DNA of 64,000 nucleotides, taken from IMG/VR virus record IMGVR_UViG_3300017917_002918, positions 103,402 to 167,401 of that record. The stretch is one strand, 5' to 3'. Made by a program: the position numbers and the translations under genes. Below, one piece after another: positions 29,426 to 40,081 of this stretch. Position 1 is the stretch's first letter, and the number at the start of each line of letters is the position of its first letter. The notes below the pieces were generated by a model that saw only the letters and a program-made list of their open reading frames with translations, searched no databases and had not been told where the DNA came from. This stretch comes from a virus.

Positions 29426-31399
29426 ATGCTTAGTAAAATTAACACAAATTATGACCAATTAAATGAAGCACAAAGAGAAGCTGTATTTCTTGTAGAGGGT
29501 AATGCGTTAGTTGTAAGTTGTCCTGGTTCGGGTAAAAGTAGAATACTAGTTGAACGTATTGGTAGGTTACTTGATTTAGGTTACAAAGCAGAAAATATAT
29601 TGGCAGTTACATTTTCTAGATCGGCTGCTGATTCAATGAAGGGTAGGTTACAGAAGATTGCTCCAGATTATGTAGATGATGTTACAATTAATACATTTCA
29701 TTCGGTATGTTATAGGATACTGAAAACACATTCTACATACTATCAAAAGAACAATATATCTAGAGAGTTTGAGTTAAAGAAATTAATGATACAGATTGTA
29801 GTTAATGAACTAGGATTAGAGAAAAAGAGTAATAATGTAGATGCTCCTGCCCTACTGAGCTTTATATCGTACCAGAAAACACATCTCTTATCACCAGATG
29901 ATGAATTGATATTTATGCCTGGCATTCCCTACTCTATGAATCAAATGCAACGAATATATGCAATGTGGGAGAAGATGAAACATGTGCATAAGATAGTATC
30001 ATTTGATGATATGTTGTTTGAGACATACAAGCTCTTGTCTAATAACGCCTCTATTAGACGATTTTATCAAGAGAAATATAAATTTATTATTTGTGATGAA
30101 ACTAACGACCTTACTAAAATACAATATGAATTAATCCGTATATTCAGTCTCAAGGCTAAAAGTACAATGTTAATTGGAGATTTTTCGCAAGCTATATACC
30201 AATTTATGGGAGCAAGTAGTAAGTATATGAAGTCATTCATAACTGACTTCCCTGATGTAAAAGTAATTAACTCAAACACTAATTATCGGTGTCAAAGTAA
30301 AGTAGTTGATTTGTTCAATAATTACCTAGCTGGTACAGAAGAAGCTTCATATGAGTATTACACCCCTGCTAAAGCGTTTAAAAATGCAGGAACTAATGTA
30401 GACTTACATGTATTCCAAGATGGCAAAGAAGAGGCAGAATGGGTCGCTAAAGAGATTGATAAACTTGTTAATATTGATAAGAAGTATACATATGGCGATA
30501 TATTGATCCTATATAGAACTAATGTTCAATCCAGACCATTCGAGGAAGTATTTATAAATAAGAGTATACCTTATCACCTAGCAGATGGATTGTCATTCTA
30601 TAATAGACGTGAAATAAAAGATATAGTATCATACTTAGAGCTGATTCATGACTCTAATAATAATGAAGCTTGGGACAGAATAGCAAATGTACCTAATAGA
30701 TTTTTTGGGTCGGTATTTAAGGATGAAGTAGCTGTGTATGCTGAGAGGCATAAAATGAGTTTATATGATGCGATGTTAAGCTTTCCAAGAAAGAGTGAGT
30801 GGAGATATAAAGCATCAATTGAAGGCTTTGAGAAGGTTATAAGAAGATGTAGGAGTCATATGGGTACATATAAAGTATCAACACTAATTAGTATTATAAG
30901 AGATGATTTAGGCTATGATGATTACATATCTAAAGAATATGGTGACGCTGTTGACAATCACCGTACCGACAATTTAAACAGTTTTCAAGCACAAGCAAAT
31001 GACTATAAGGATCTAGGTGAGTTTCTAAAGGTGATCAAGGCTTTGTCATGTGGTGATGAGGATAAGACTAAGAATAGATTTGCTACTAAGAAGGATAAAG
31101 TAGAAATGATGACTGCTCACAAATCAAAAGGACTAGAAAGTAAGGTTGTATTTGCAGTAGGATTCTCAAAATGCCTATTCCCTCACTATATGAACACCGA
31201 TCCAGAGTCAGAGAGATTGTTAGGTTATGTAATGTTATCTAGAGCGGAGGAACAAATGTACATTAGTTCGGTATTGACACACAATGACAAAATGACAACG
31301 GTTAGTGAGTTTTTGGATAATTGCTTTCCTGCTGATTATATAAAGAAAAAGATTAAAGCATGTGAGAAACGCAATGCAGAATTAATATTAAATTCTTAG
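29426..31399 (+). CDS. pcrA: PcrA/UvrD-like SF1 helicase
   Basis: LNEAQ, PGSGKS, TFHS, GDFSQAIY.F.GA, NYR, ILYRTN, TAHKSKGLE. Confidence 0.9.
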   Translation: MLSKINTNYDQLNEAQREAVFLVEGNALVVSCPGSGKSRILVERIGRLLDLGYKAENILAVTFSRSAADSMKGRLQKIAPDYVDDVTINTFHSVCYRILKTHSTYYQKNNISREFELKKLMIQIVVNELGLEKKSNNVDAPALLSFISYQKTHLLSPDDELIFMPGIPYSMNQMQRIYAMWEKMKHVHKIVSFDDMLFETYKLLSNNASIRRFYQEKYKFIICDETNDLTKIQYELIRIFSLKAKSTMLIGDFSQAIYQFMGASSKYMKSFITDFPDVKVINSNTNYRCQSKVVDLFNNYLAGTEEASYEYYTPAKAFKNAGTNVDLHVFQDGKEEAEWVAKEIDKLVNIDKKYTYGDILILYRTNVQSRPFEEVFINKSIPYHLADGLSFYNRREIKDIVSYLELIHDSNNNEAWDRIANVPNRFFGSVFKDEVAVYAERHKMSLYDAMLSFPRKSEWRYKASIEGFEKVIRRCRSHMGTYKVSTLISIIRDDLGYDDYISKEYGDAVDNHRTDNLNSFQAQANDYKDLGEFLKVIKALSCGDEDKTKNRFATKKDKVEMMTAHKSKGLESKVVFAVGFSKCLFPHYMNTDPESERLLGYVMLSRAEEQMYISSVLTHNDKMTTVSEFLDNCFPADYIKKKIKACEKRNAELILNS

Positions 31400-31493
31400 T
31401 AATTAAATTATGATAACATATTGACTTTTAGTTGAAAATATGATAAAGTATTATTATAAGCATAAAACTAATAGTAATAATACTTTATCGTGA

Positions 31494-31697
31494 TTGGAGG
31501 TGATTTTAGTGGCTGATGCATTGTTGTCTTTCTTTTTCTTATTGTGTTGCATAGTGATTGCACCTGTAATAGCTATGGTAGTTGGTATAGCAGTTGTATT
31601 TAGCATCCAAGCATTGTATTACATAATTCCTTTTGTATTAGTAGTTTTTGTAGTGTTTGTGTTAGGCGTTAGTATTAATGCTATGTTCAAGAAGTAA
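31494..31697 (+). CDS. small membrane protein
   Basis: Highly hydrophobic ORF. Confidence 0.55.
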   Translation: MEVILVADALLSFFFLLCCIVIAPVIAMVVGIAVVFSIQALYYIIPFVLVVFVVFVLGVSINAMFKK

Positions 31698-31716
31698 TAT
31701 TGCTTGTAATTAACTT

Positions 31717-32169
31717 ATGACAATAATAAAATTAAAGGAGGGTTTAACCATGCATCATGAATTCGCAGGAACATTAGTATTACCAGAGGTAACAGGAAAG
31801 TTTGAGTATCAGATATTTGATAACAGGGACATTAGAAACATAAGACTTGTTAATTTATCTGAAGTTTTAGATGAAATTTATTTTAAATCTAGCACATCTG
31901 AAGTAATCATTGAAGTTACGGTATGGAATTATGAGAGTAATGCATACCTTGGAGCTTTCTGTGAGAAAGGTCAATTATACTTAGACAAAGTCGCAGATAT
32001 GGATATTACAATGTATATAGGTGAAATGGGTTCTGGTGTTTGTTTAGATGATGTGTTGTTTGATAATGTAGGCAAGAAAGTAGTAATCGATGTGATAGAT
32101 TTAGATTTTGCTAGGAGAGCTGATAAAGAAGATCTTGAGGTTCACAAGGCAAGTAAATATATTAATTAA
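31717..32169 (+). CDS. hypothetical protein
   Basis: 150-aa ORF; AAGGAGGG RBS before MHHEF. Confidence 0.65.
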   Translation: MTIIKLKEGLTMHHEFAGTLVLPEVTGKFEYQIFDNRDIRNIRLVNLSEVLDEIYFKSSTSEVIIEVTVWNYESNAYLGAFCEKGQLYLDKVADMDITMYIGEMGSGVCLDDVLFDNVGKKVVIDVIDLDFARRADKEDLEVHKASKYIN

Positions 32170-32193
32170 ATTATAATTTCAGGAGGAATTTTA

Positions 32194-35001
32194 TTGGTAA
32201 AACAGAGTTTATATTATATTTACAAGATTAATTCATCTAAGTTACAAAAAGCTGATTACAATATACAAGACTTAACTCCTGAAAAAGCACGATATAATGG
32301 GGAGCTAATCAGCGTTGGTGATAATCAAGTGTTTCGATTTATTAGAAAGTTACACAGAAAAGATGCTGACAACACCAAAGTTCAATTGAAACTAAGTAAA
32401 CTATACAAGCAAAGAGAAGAATTAAGGGCAAACCATGACCTAACGGACAAAGCCAAGAAGAAAGAAATGTTAAAAATCAAAAAAAACATTGATGATTTGT
32501 TGTTGGTTAAGGATATTATAAATGTTAAAGTTGATAATAAAAAGACATATAAAGAAATAACTAAAAATGGATTTGTTGTCAATGGAATCAGATATGTTAG
32601 ATTATGTTGTGGTGCAGGTCAGGCAAGAAGAAACACTGTGTCATTTGTAAATCAAACCATCTTCCCTATTCTGTACAATATGTTAATGAATGGTGCTTCT
32701 ATATCCAAGATGAACTTAGCTAAATATAATGCCTATTTTGGACTATACATGTCATCCACATTACAAGTCAAGACACCTAGAGTATGCCTAATTAATGATT
32801 GTGAGATGAAATTATTCAACAAAAAAGTCGATTACATAGTTGATAAAGTTGATGATAATGGTGTTGAATACAGAGACATTGAGGAACGCATAATCAACCC
32901 TAAGATGAATCTATGGGATGGTCAAGGATTAATTTCACCTGAGTTTGCTGATAGATGGTCTAATGATTTACAACTAGACTATACCGCTTCACAGTTTATC
33001 ATTAGATCAGCTTTTATCAAAGGTATGCTAACCGTATTCGACTTCAAGAAGTTTGCTAAAGAAGTTGCTATGACTAATAAGATAAAAGATTATTATGGTA
33101 AAGAATGGGATATTGATAAAATTGATGTGATACTAAGTATTAGTCAATTCAAAATGTACAAATACTATACATCTTGGGAACACTATATGGAATGTTGTAA
33201 GAAATATGATCATATATGGGGTGTTGCAAGAGTAAATGCTAAGAAAGATAATGAGTATGGATTACTAAATTATCAATATATACAGACATTGGACTTGGAT
33301 AAAGAACAAATACAAGAATTAGCACAGCCTACTATAGATTGGATTCAGAAGGTTTGTAATGGTGATGATAGATTATATAATTTATTATTCTTGTTAGGGA
33401 CTTCTGATAAGAACACAAAACTGGAGGATGTTATAAACAGAACAGGTAGCAACTTTGTTAAAGCAATCATATACAAAGATGAGTTACAAAATGACCCTTA
33501 TGTTAAGAAGAAAATATATAACAATATTGAGCGAAAAATAAAAGACGCAAAACTAGGTAGATTGTGGGTTAAAGGTAATTATCAAATAATGGTTAGTGAT
33601 CCTTATGCCCAAGCAGAGTTTGCATTTGGATTACCAGTGAGGGGATTGTTAAAGGAGGGTCAGCACTGGTCATCATTTTGGCAGAAGCAAGGAATAAGTA
33701 AAGTTGATGCTTGCAGAAGCCCTATGGTTGATTTCCATGAACATAATATACTTGACATAGTACAAGACGATAGTATTGCTGAATGGTATAAACACATGCA
33801 ATCAGGAGTCGTATATAACGTTTGGGGATTAGACACTATACGCCACAGTGATAGCGATTTTGATGGAGACATAATCTTCACTACCAACAATCCCATAGTA
33901 TTACAAGGTATAGTACCAAACCTAAATCCAATTACATATGACAAAACCACAGCACCCGCACAGAAGTTGACTTTATCTAATATAATTAAGACGGATGTAG
34001 CAAGTTTTGACTGCAAGGTAGGCGTTGTAACTAATTATTCTACAGCTTTTATTAGTATGTTGGCTAAGTTTAAAAAGGGCTCTAGTGAATATAATGAGCT
34101 TTTAAAGCGTATTAAATTATTGCGTAGATATATTGGTGATAGTATTGATGCAGCCAAGGGGATTAAGATGAAGCCCTTCCCTGTCTCATGGAAAAAACGT
34201 CTTAAAGTTAATGAGAGTGATTCAGATGAAGTTAAGCAAAATAAATATTATCATAATAGCCTAGTTGCTAATAAGAAGCCATATTTTATGATTTATTTGT
34301 ATAATAAGTTAATGGCTGACTTTGGTAATTATAAAAAAACGAAGAATCTTTTCGCAAAAGAAAATCTGTTTAAAAACACTAAGAGCATAATAAATGAGGT
34401 TGATAAAACACAGGAAGAAAAGAAATTTCTGAGAAACTATTATAATCATATGCCTGTGTTGCAATCAAGTTGTGTTATGAATAATCTTTGTAGAATTATA
34501 GAGGGTGTAGATTTTAAATTAAAATATCCACATAACAATAAGAATAACGAAATATCTCACAGTATTTTACAAAGAACAAATGTGGAACTAGATCCCGTAA
34601 AATTAAAGCAACTTGAATCGATTTATAATAAATTCATGGTTAATAAGAGCCGTAAGATTAGTAATATCAATGTGGATAGTGATGACTCTGAACTGTCGGA
34701 TATATACCAAGAAGAAGACAATAGCATTATAACTAATGTATATGACATATTTAGAAATGAAACACAGTCAATATTTGAAGATCCACAAGAACTTTCTGAC
34801 TATGCTGTGGAATTATGTTACAAACTATATCAAAACAAAGATAAGCTATTTCTATGGAGTATTTGCGAAGAAGGGTTGATGAAAACTATCACAGAAAAGC
34901 CAGATAATACAATATATATACCTGTTAGATATGATGATGGGACAGAATATTTGGGGAATCGTTTTATTTTGGGAAGGATTGATTCACATAATAATATTTG
35001 A
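32194..35001 (+). CDS. yonO: YonO-like single-subunit DNA-dependent RNA polymerase
   Basis: 935 aa; WDGQGLISP, IRSAFIKG, CRSP, catalytic DSDFDGD; SPbeta-like position upstream of the late genes. Confidence 0.85.
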   Translation: MVKQSLYYIYKINSSKLQKADYNIQDLTPEKARYNGELISVGDNQVFRFIRKLHRKDADNTKVQLKLSKLYKQREELRANHDLTDKAKKKEMLKIKKNIDDLLLVKDIINVKVDNKKTYKEITKNGFVVNGIRYVRLCCGAGQARRNTVSFVNQTIFPILYNMLMNGASISKMNLAKYNAYFGLYMSSTLQVKTPRVCLINDCEMKLFNKKVDYIVDKVDDNGVEYRDIEERIINPKMNLWDGQGLISPEFADRWSNDLQLDYTASQFIIRSAFIKGMLTVFDFKKFAKEVAMTNKIKDYYGKEWDIDKIDVILSISQFKMYKYYTSWEHYMECCKKYDHIWGVARVNAKKDNEYGLLNYQYIQTLDLDKEQIQELAQPTIDWIQKVCNGDDRLYNLLFLLGTSDKNTKLEDVINRTGSNFVKAIIYKDELQNDPYVKKKIYNNIERKIKDAKLGRLWVKGNYQIMVSDPYAQAEFAFGLPVRGLLKEGQHWSSFWQKQGISKVDACRSPMVDFHEHNILDIVQDDSIAEWYKHMQSGVVYNVWGLDTIRHSDSDFDGDIIFTTNNPIVLQGIVPNLNPITYDKTTAPAQKLTLSNIIKTDVASFDCKVGVVTNYSTAFISMLAKFKKGSSEYNELLKRIKLLRRYIGDSIDAAKGIKMKPFPVSWKKRLKVNESDSDEVKQNKYYHNSLVANKKPYFMIYLYNKLMADFGNYKKTKNLFAKENLFKNTKSIINEVDKTQEEKKFLRNYYNHMPVLQSSCVMNNLCRIIEGVDFKLKYPHNNKNNEISHSILQRTNVELDPVKLKQLESIYNKFMVNKSRKISNINVDSDDSELSDIYQEEDNSIITNVYDIFRNETQSIFEDPQELSDYAVELCYKLYQNKDKLFLWSICEEGLMKTITEKPDNTIYIPVRYDDGTEYLGNRFILGRIDSHNNI

Positions 35002-35725
35002 CGAAGTTAAACACGCACAACGTATGCTAAAGAATGGCTTCATTCAGGGTAAGAACAAGTATTTTTCAGATTTGTTAGTATTAGCTAAGTACTTATTCTA
35101 CCTTGGAAAAGACCATGAACAAGTAGAAAAGGAAATATTGTTATTTTGTAATAAGCACATAGCCTACTTTAACAGTGAGATGTACTATAAGGCTATTGAT
35201 AAGATGTTAAAGATGGCTAAAGAATCGGGTATTAGACATAACACTGAGATCTGTATTACTCAAGCTGAATTGGATAAAATACAGACGGTAACTAATTTGA
35301 ATCAACAAAAAATACTGTTTGTAATGTTAGTAACGTACAAAGTAAAAAACTGTAAGTCATTTAAGATTAGTAGGCGAGAATTATTTAAATTGTCTAGTGT
35401 TTCAGGTAAATATGAAGCTACTTTGAATATGTTACAACAACTAACACAATTGAAGTTAATAGGCATCAACACAAATGGTTACAGATGGGTCACTTTTGCC
35501 AATGATGAATCAGAGCCAGTGATTACAATAACAAACTTTGATGACTTTATACTGGAGTACATGAAGTATCTTGGTGAGCCAATTGGTAATTGTCAAGTTT
35601 GTGGTAAGTTGATTGAATTGACTGGTAATAAGAAGTTGTATTGTGGCGAGTGTTGGGGAGATTTAAGACGAGAACAAGTGAGACAAAATGTAAATAACTA
35701 TAGAAATAGAAATGTAATCAAATAG
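34931..35725 (+). CDS. conserved protein downstream of YonO, C-terminal Zn ribbon
   Basis: CQVCG...YCGEC. Confidence 0.7.
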   Translation: MMMGQNIWGIVLFWEGLIHIIIFDEVKHAQRMLKNGFIQGKNKYFSDLLVLAKYLFYLGKDHEQVEKEILLFCNKHIAYFNSEMYYKAIDKMLKMAKESGIRHNTEICITQAELDKIQTVTNLNQQKILFVMLVTYKVKNCKSFKISRRELFKLSSVSGKYEATLNMLQQLTQLKLIGINTNGYRWVTFANDESEPVITITNFDDFILEYMKYLGEPIGNCQVCGKLIELTGNKKLYCGECWGDLRREQVRQNVNNYRNRNVIK

Positions 35726-36243
35726 AAAACCCACGCAACCCTTAGTACACTTGCGTTTCAAGGATCGGTGTCTACATTTCATTTAATGAAGTACAGCAAA
35801 CAATAAATAGTACAAATTTGCCTACTCGAATCAGGACTATGTATTTATCCTTAAATATGCTACAATTAATGTAAAGGGAATGAGTCGTTTCATTGTTAAA
35901 ATTTTCAAATAAAACAATGAATCAAAATTACTTGAAATTCATATACTATAGTGATATAATTATATTAATGGTAATATCAAATGTTTTCGCTAACCGATAT
36001 GCGATTAATAAAAGGTCGGTACTCAAATGTTTATAAGGCTCTATCTTCGGATAGGGCTTTATACTCAACAAGCTAGAAAGAGAATACCTAGAGAAAATTG
36101 GAGCATTGAAAGTTGAGCAAGGTAGAGTACAAGGGTTGCATGTAGCAAGTAAGAATAAGAATTCTTTAGGTAAAAGTTATTTTGTGGAATCATGGTTAGA
36201 GAAGTACTTGAAAAAGAAGTTTAAACGTGCATAAAATTAATTT

Positions 36244-37449
36244 ATGATTGGGGAAATGACTATGAGGGCAGTTCTTGATACCAATGTTTTACTAGATGAT
36301 CCAAAAGTGATTGATGTTTTTGAAGAAGTAATTTTATGTAGTGCAATATTAGAAGAATTAGATGGATTAAAAAAGAATCCAGAAGTTAGATTTAGAGCCA
36401 GACAAGCTATCAGAAAGATAGAAAACAATTTGCATAAAATTAAGATTATTGTTAAGGATATTTATGGCGGATTTCCTGAAGACTGGAATCCTGATTTGAG
36501 AGACAACAAAATAATCTTAACAGCTAGAGAAAATGATGCAATTATTGTTTCAAATGACATCAACGTAAGAATCAAAGCTAGTAGTTTAGGTATTGAAGCA
36601 GTATCTCATATGACAGATGACGAAGGCTACAAAGGATGGCGTACAATAAGCGGTGATACTGAACAAATCAATAAATTTCATTCAGAACTAACTGATAATG
36701 CAAGTAAATTAATAACAAATGAATATATAGAAGTTATCAATACTGAGTTTAAAGAATCAGATTCAGAATATAAAACCGAGTATAGATTTGATGGCGAGAA
36801 GTTAGTTAATTTAAAGCTACCAATATCTAAAGCTATAAAAGGTTTGAATACTCAACAAAGATTTGCATTAGATTTATTGAATAACAAGGACATACCTATC
36901 AAGGTAGTAGTTGGGACTTTTGGTAGTGGGAAAAGTTATTTAGCTGTAAAAATGGCATTACATTTAACAATAGATAAAGGATTCTATAAGGATGTTGTAT
37001 TCTGGAGGACTCCTGTACCTGCTGATGGTGTAGATATTGGATTTTTGCCAGGCGATAAGCAATCTAAAATTGAGGATTATATGAAGCCTTTGTTGCAGTA
37101 TGTAGAAAAAGAAAACGATCAGTTTTATTTAGAAAACTTAGTAAGGGAAGAAAGAATTAAAATGGATGTAGTTTCTTTTTTAAAAGGTGTAAATATAGAC
37201 GATTCTTTTATTATATTTGATGAGTGTGAAGACTTGAATTTGAAGTTATTGAAGCTTGTTGGAACTAGAATGGGTAAGAAATCAGCTATAGTATTCACAG
37301 GTGATTACAAACAAGCAGAATCAAAGTATAAACATGATAATGGAATAGTACAATTTATAGAAAAAGCAAAGGGCAATCCTTTAGTTGGTATAGTCGTACT
37401 AGAGGAAGATGTAAGATCTGAAGCATCTAAAGTGTTTGCAGATCTGTAA
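36244..37449 (+). CDS. phoH: PIN-PhoH family protein
   Basis: PIN VLDTNVLL/EELD; Walker A GTFGSGKS, IGFLPG, DECED, TRMG, GDYKQ. Confidence 0.9.
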   Translation: MIGEMTMRAVLDTNVLLDDPKVIDVFEEVILCSAILEELDGLKKNPEVRFRARQAIRKIENNLHKIKIIVKDIYGGFPEDWNPDLRDNKIILTARENDAIIVSNDINVRIKASSLGIEAVSHMTDDEGYKGWRTISGDTEQINKFHSELTDNASKLITNEYIEVINTEFKESDSEYKTEYRFDGEKLVNLKLPISKAIKGLNTQQRFALDLLNNKDIPIKVVVGTFGSGKSYLAVKMALHLTIDKGFYKDVVFWRTPVPADGVDIGFLPGDKQSKIEDYMKPLLQYVEKENDQFYLENLVREERIKMDVVSFLKGVNIDDSFIIFDECEDLNLKLLKLVGTRMGKKSAIVFTGDYKQAESKYKHDNGIVQFIEKAKGNPLVGIVVLEEDVRSEASKVFADL

Positions 37450-37487
37450 TTAAGTAATAACTATATTTATAGGACGGTGAAAAATAA

Positions 37488-37922
37488 ATGGCAGTTAGTG
37501 CAAAAGCTTATGGAAATATGAACTTATCAGCATTTAATGGTTTGATTAATTGGTCTTCTGGGGCGATTAAAGTAATGTTAACCACAAGTAGTTATACACC
37601 TGATCAAGATGCTCATATTTACAAATCAAGTGTGACTAATGAAGTTAGTGGTGCGGGATATGTTACAAGAGGTCAAGCCTTAACATCCAAAACAATAACA
37701 TACAATGGTACAAATAATACAGTAACTATGGATGCAGCAGATACAGTATGGGCTAATAGTACGATTACAGCAAGATATGCAATCATTTATCAAGATTCTG
37801 GTGTTGATGCTACCTCCCCACTATTAGGTTATGTAGATTTTGGTGCAGATTTTAGTTCGTCTAATGGTAATTTTCAATTAACATGGGACGCTAATGGTAT
37901 ATTTACCGTTTCTACAACATAA
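37488..37922 (+). CDS. putative virion structural protein
   Basis: IKVML....YTPD.D.H....EVSG.GY..GQAL..ARYAIIY..LLGYVDFG family typical of fibre/minor structural modules. Confidence 0.65.
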   Translation: MAVSAKAYGNMNLSAFNGLINWSSGAIKVMLTTSSYTPDQDAHIYKSSVTNEVSGAGYVTRGQALTSKTITYNGTNNTVTMDAADTVWANSTITARYAIIYQDSGVDATSPLLGYVDFGADFSSSNGNFQLTWDANGIFTVSTT

Positions 37923-37945
37923 TTAATTTATAATGAGGTGATGAC

Positions 37946-38545
37946 ATGGCGCAACTACCAATGTATGTTGCAAAGGTGAATTCTCCAGTTACAACATTAG
38001 CTACTGGCATATCTGACACAGATACATTATTGAGTCTCGTTGATGCCAGCGTTCTCCCTTCTGCCCCTAATTTGTTTACTATTGGTGCAGATACAGATAA
38101 TCCAGAAACAGTTTATTATGCAACGAGTCCTATTGGAAATAATGTAATGGTACAAAGAGCATTTCAAGGCACTGCTCAAACATGGAGTATTGGTACTAAT
38201 GTACAGAGAACATTTACCGCATATGACCATGATACTTTTGTTACTAACATAAATTCACTAGTTCCTAATTCAACTATTGTAACTGTCGATTTTGGAACAA
38301 GTGGGATGAATAGTTTTATTCCTACTGTAGTGACTGGAGTTACATGGGCAAATGCTAATTTAAATATAATACCGACATTGATTTGTGAAAATGTTGGCGA
38401 GAGATCGGCAGAGGATGGAATTATAGAGGCTTTAACCTTTGGTATAGCAGATGTTATTGATGGAGTTGGGTTTACATTATTAACTTATGCTCCTGAAGGA
38501 TCTGTAGGTACTTATAGGATACGATGCGTAGGGACGGTGATTTAA
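37946..38545 (+). CDS. putative virion fibre/adaptor protein
   Basis: NSP.TTLA..I....T...ETV.Y...VQRAF.GTAQ.W N-terminal module. Confidence 0.6.
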   Translation: MAQLPMYVAKVNSPVTTLATGISDTDTLLSLVDASVLPSAPNLFTIGADTDNPETVYYATSPIGNNVMVQRAFQGTAQTWSIGTNVQRTFTAYDHDTFVTNINSLVPNSTIVTVDFGTSGMNSFIPTVVTGVTWANANLNIIPTLICENVGERSAEDGIIEALTFGIADVIDGVGFTLLTYAPEGSVGTYRIRCVGTVI

Positions 38546-38548
38546 TAG

Positions 38549-40063
38549 ATGGCAGTAAATATTAGAGGTGGCACGAGTGGCACATTGGCAGATGTAAATG
38601 CAAATAAAGAATTATTGATTGCGCTTACTGAGGATGAGGTAAACGCAGGATATGTTGCTATTGCGTCATGTAGTGACGATGGTGACTTAATTGCAGGTAA
38701 TGTAAGAACTGTTAGAGAAATAGATTCAAGCGATGACTACCGACTTCGTGTTGGCATGGATACATTAATGTTTGAAGAGACTTTTGCAGGAACGACTATT
38801 AATACAAGTATATGGGATACACCAATCGCAACCGCTACCGTAGTACAGGCAGGCGGTTTTATTACGCTCAATAATGGTGGCTCAACTACAGCTACACAGG
38901 GTAGTATATTGCGTAGTAAGAGACATTTTCCATTGTATTCGACATTCCCAATTTGTGCAGAATTCTTATTTAACATAAATACAACAAGTTTCAATAATGC
39001 ATTGTGTGAAATTGGAATAGGATTAATTGGTACTGCACCAGGAACTCCCGCCGTTGATGGAATCTTAATGAGAATATCTTCCGCTGGATTGAGTTTTGTT
39101 ATGACTAATAATCTCAGTGAAATAACCGAAACTTTTGTGACATTTCAAGACTTAACAGACAATGGAATTGCTCTAACTAATACAAATCACGCTGTTATAG
39201 TTCTAAGTGAAGATACGGCTACACTATGGGTTAATGATGTTATTGCAGCAAAAATTAACAGGCAATCTTCAGGATCTAATTTAACGGCAGCAATGCAAGG
39301 TCATTTGTTTGCGAGGATGTATAATACAGGAACTAATACATTGACAGCTCTAAAATTAAACATAGCTAAAATGAGTGTTAATCTATATGACATGAACCAT
39401 GCAAAGCCTTGGGGGCATATAATGTCAGGATTTGGTCAGTTTTGCCAACAAGGTGCTAGTAATATGACTGTAGGTAAAACACAAAACGTAGTAGCTAGTG
39501 CTAACACTGCTTTACCTGCTCAAATGACAGCACCAAGTGCAACAGCAGTAGGAACAGGTGGAACAAGTGGACTTGGAGGAGTACAAAGATTTGGTAATGG
39601 TGCTTCAACTGTTGCATTAACGGCAGATACGGCATATATATCACATAGCTTCCAAGTACCTTTGCCTTCGTTATCTAATCCAGTTACACCAGCTAAGAAT
39701 CTTTATATAACTGGTGCAAAAGTAACAATGATGACTAGGGGAGCTGCTGGACCTGCAAATATAGGCACGTTCCTTGTACATCTTAATTTTGGTAGTACAA
39801 CAGTAACTCCAGTTACAGCAGAATCAGCTACAACTCCTGCTAAATTGGCACGAACAACTGATTTAGGTATGTTGTCTATTCCTGCAAGTGCAGCAGTCGG
39901 AACATTAGCAACAGGCGATGCAAAAGATGATTATGGACAAGCACCTATTTGTGTTAATCCAGGTGAGTATATACAAATTACAATAAGACCTTTAGTAGCT
40001 TATACAATATCGGCTTCACAAGAATTAGTTATAAGTGCGAGTTTCACAGGGTATTGGGAATAA
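38549..40063 (+). CDS. putative virion fibre/receptor-binding protein
   Basis: 504 aa, Gly/Thr/Ala-rich beta-type composition. Confidence 0.55.
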   Translation: MAVNIRGGTSGTLADVNANKELLIALTEDEVNAGYVAIASCSDDGDLIAGNVRTVREIDSSDDYRLRVGMDTLMFEETFAGTTINTSIWDTPIATATVVQAGGFITLNNGGSTTATQGSILRSKRHFPLYSTFPICAEFLFNINTTSFNNALCEIGIGLIGTAPGTPAVDGILMRISSAGLSFVMTNNLSEITETFVTFQDLTDNGIALTNTNHAVIVLSEDTATLWVNDVIAAKINRQSSGSNLTAAMQGHLFARMYNTGTNTLTALKLNIAKMSVNLYDMNHAKPWGHIMSGFGQFCQQGASNMTVGKTQNVVASANTALPAQMTAPSATAVGTGGTSGLGGVQRFGNGASTVALTADTAYISHSFQVPLPSLSNPVTPAKNLYITGAKVTMMTRGAAGPANIGTFLVHLNFGSTTVTPVTAESATTPAKLARTTDLGMLSIPASAAVGTLATGDAKDDYGQAPICVNPGEYIQITIRPLVAYTISASQELVISASFTGYWE

Positions 40064-40081
40064 AAATTACATATATAAAAG

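Noticed and set aside
28181-32193. Arbitrium (aimR/aimP) system expected from SPbeta-like synteny
   Set aside because: No TPR receptor or signal-peptide pheromone gene recognisable in this window
36061-36233. Small gene upstream of phoH (ILNKLEREYLEKIGAL...)
   Set aside because: Looks protein-like but has an in-frame stop just upstream and no clear start or RBS; not called
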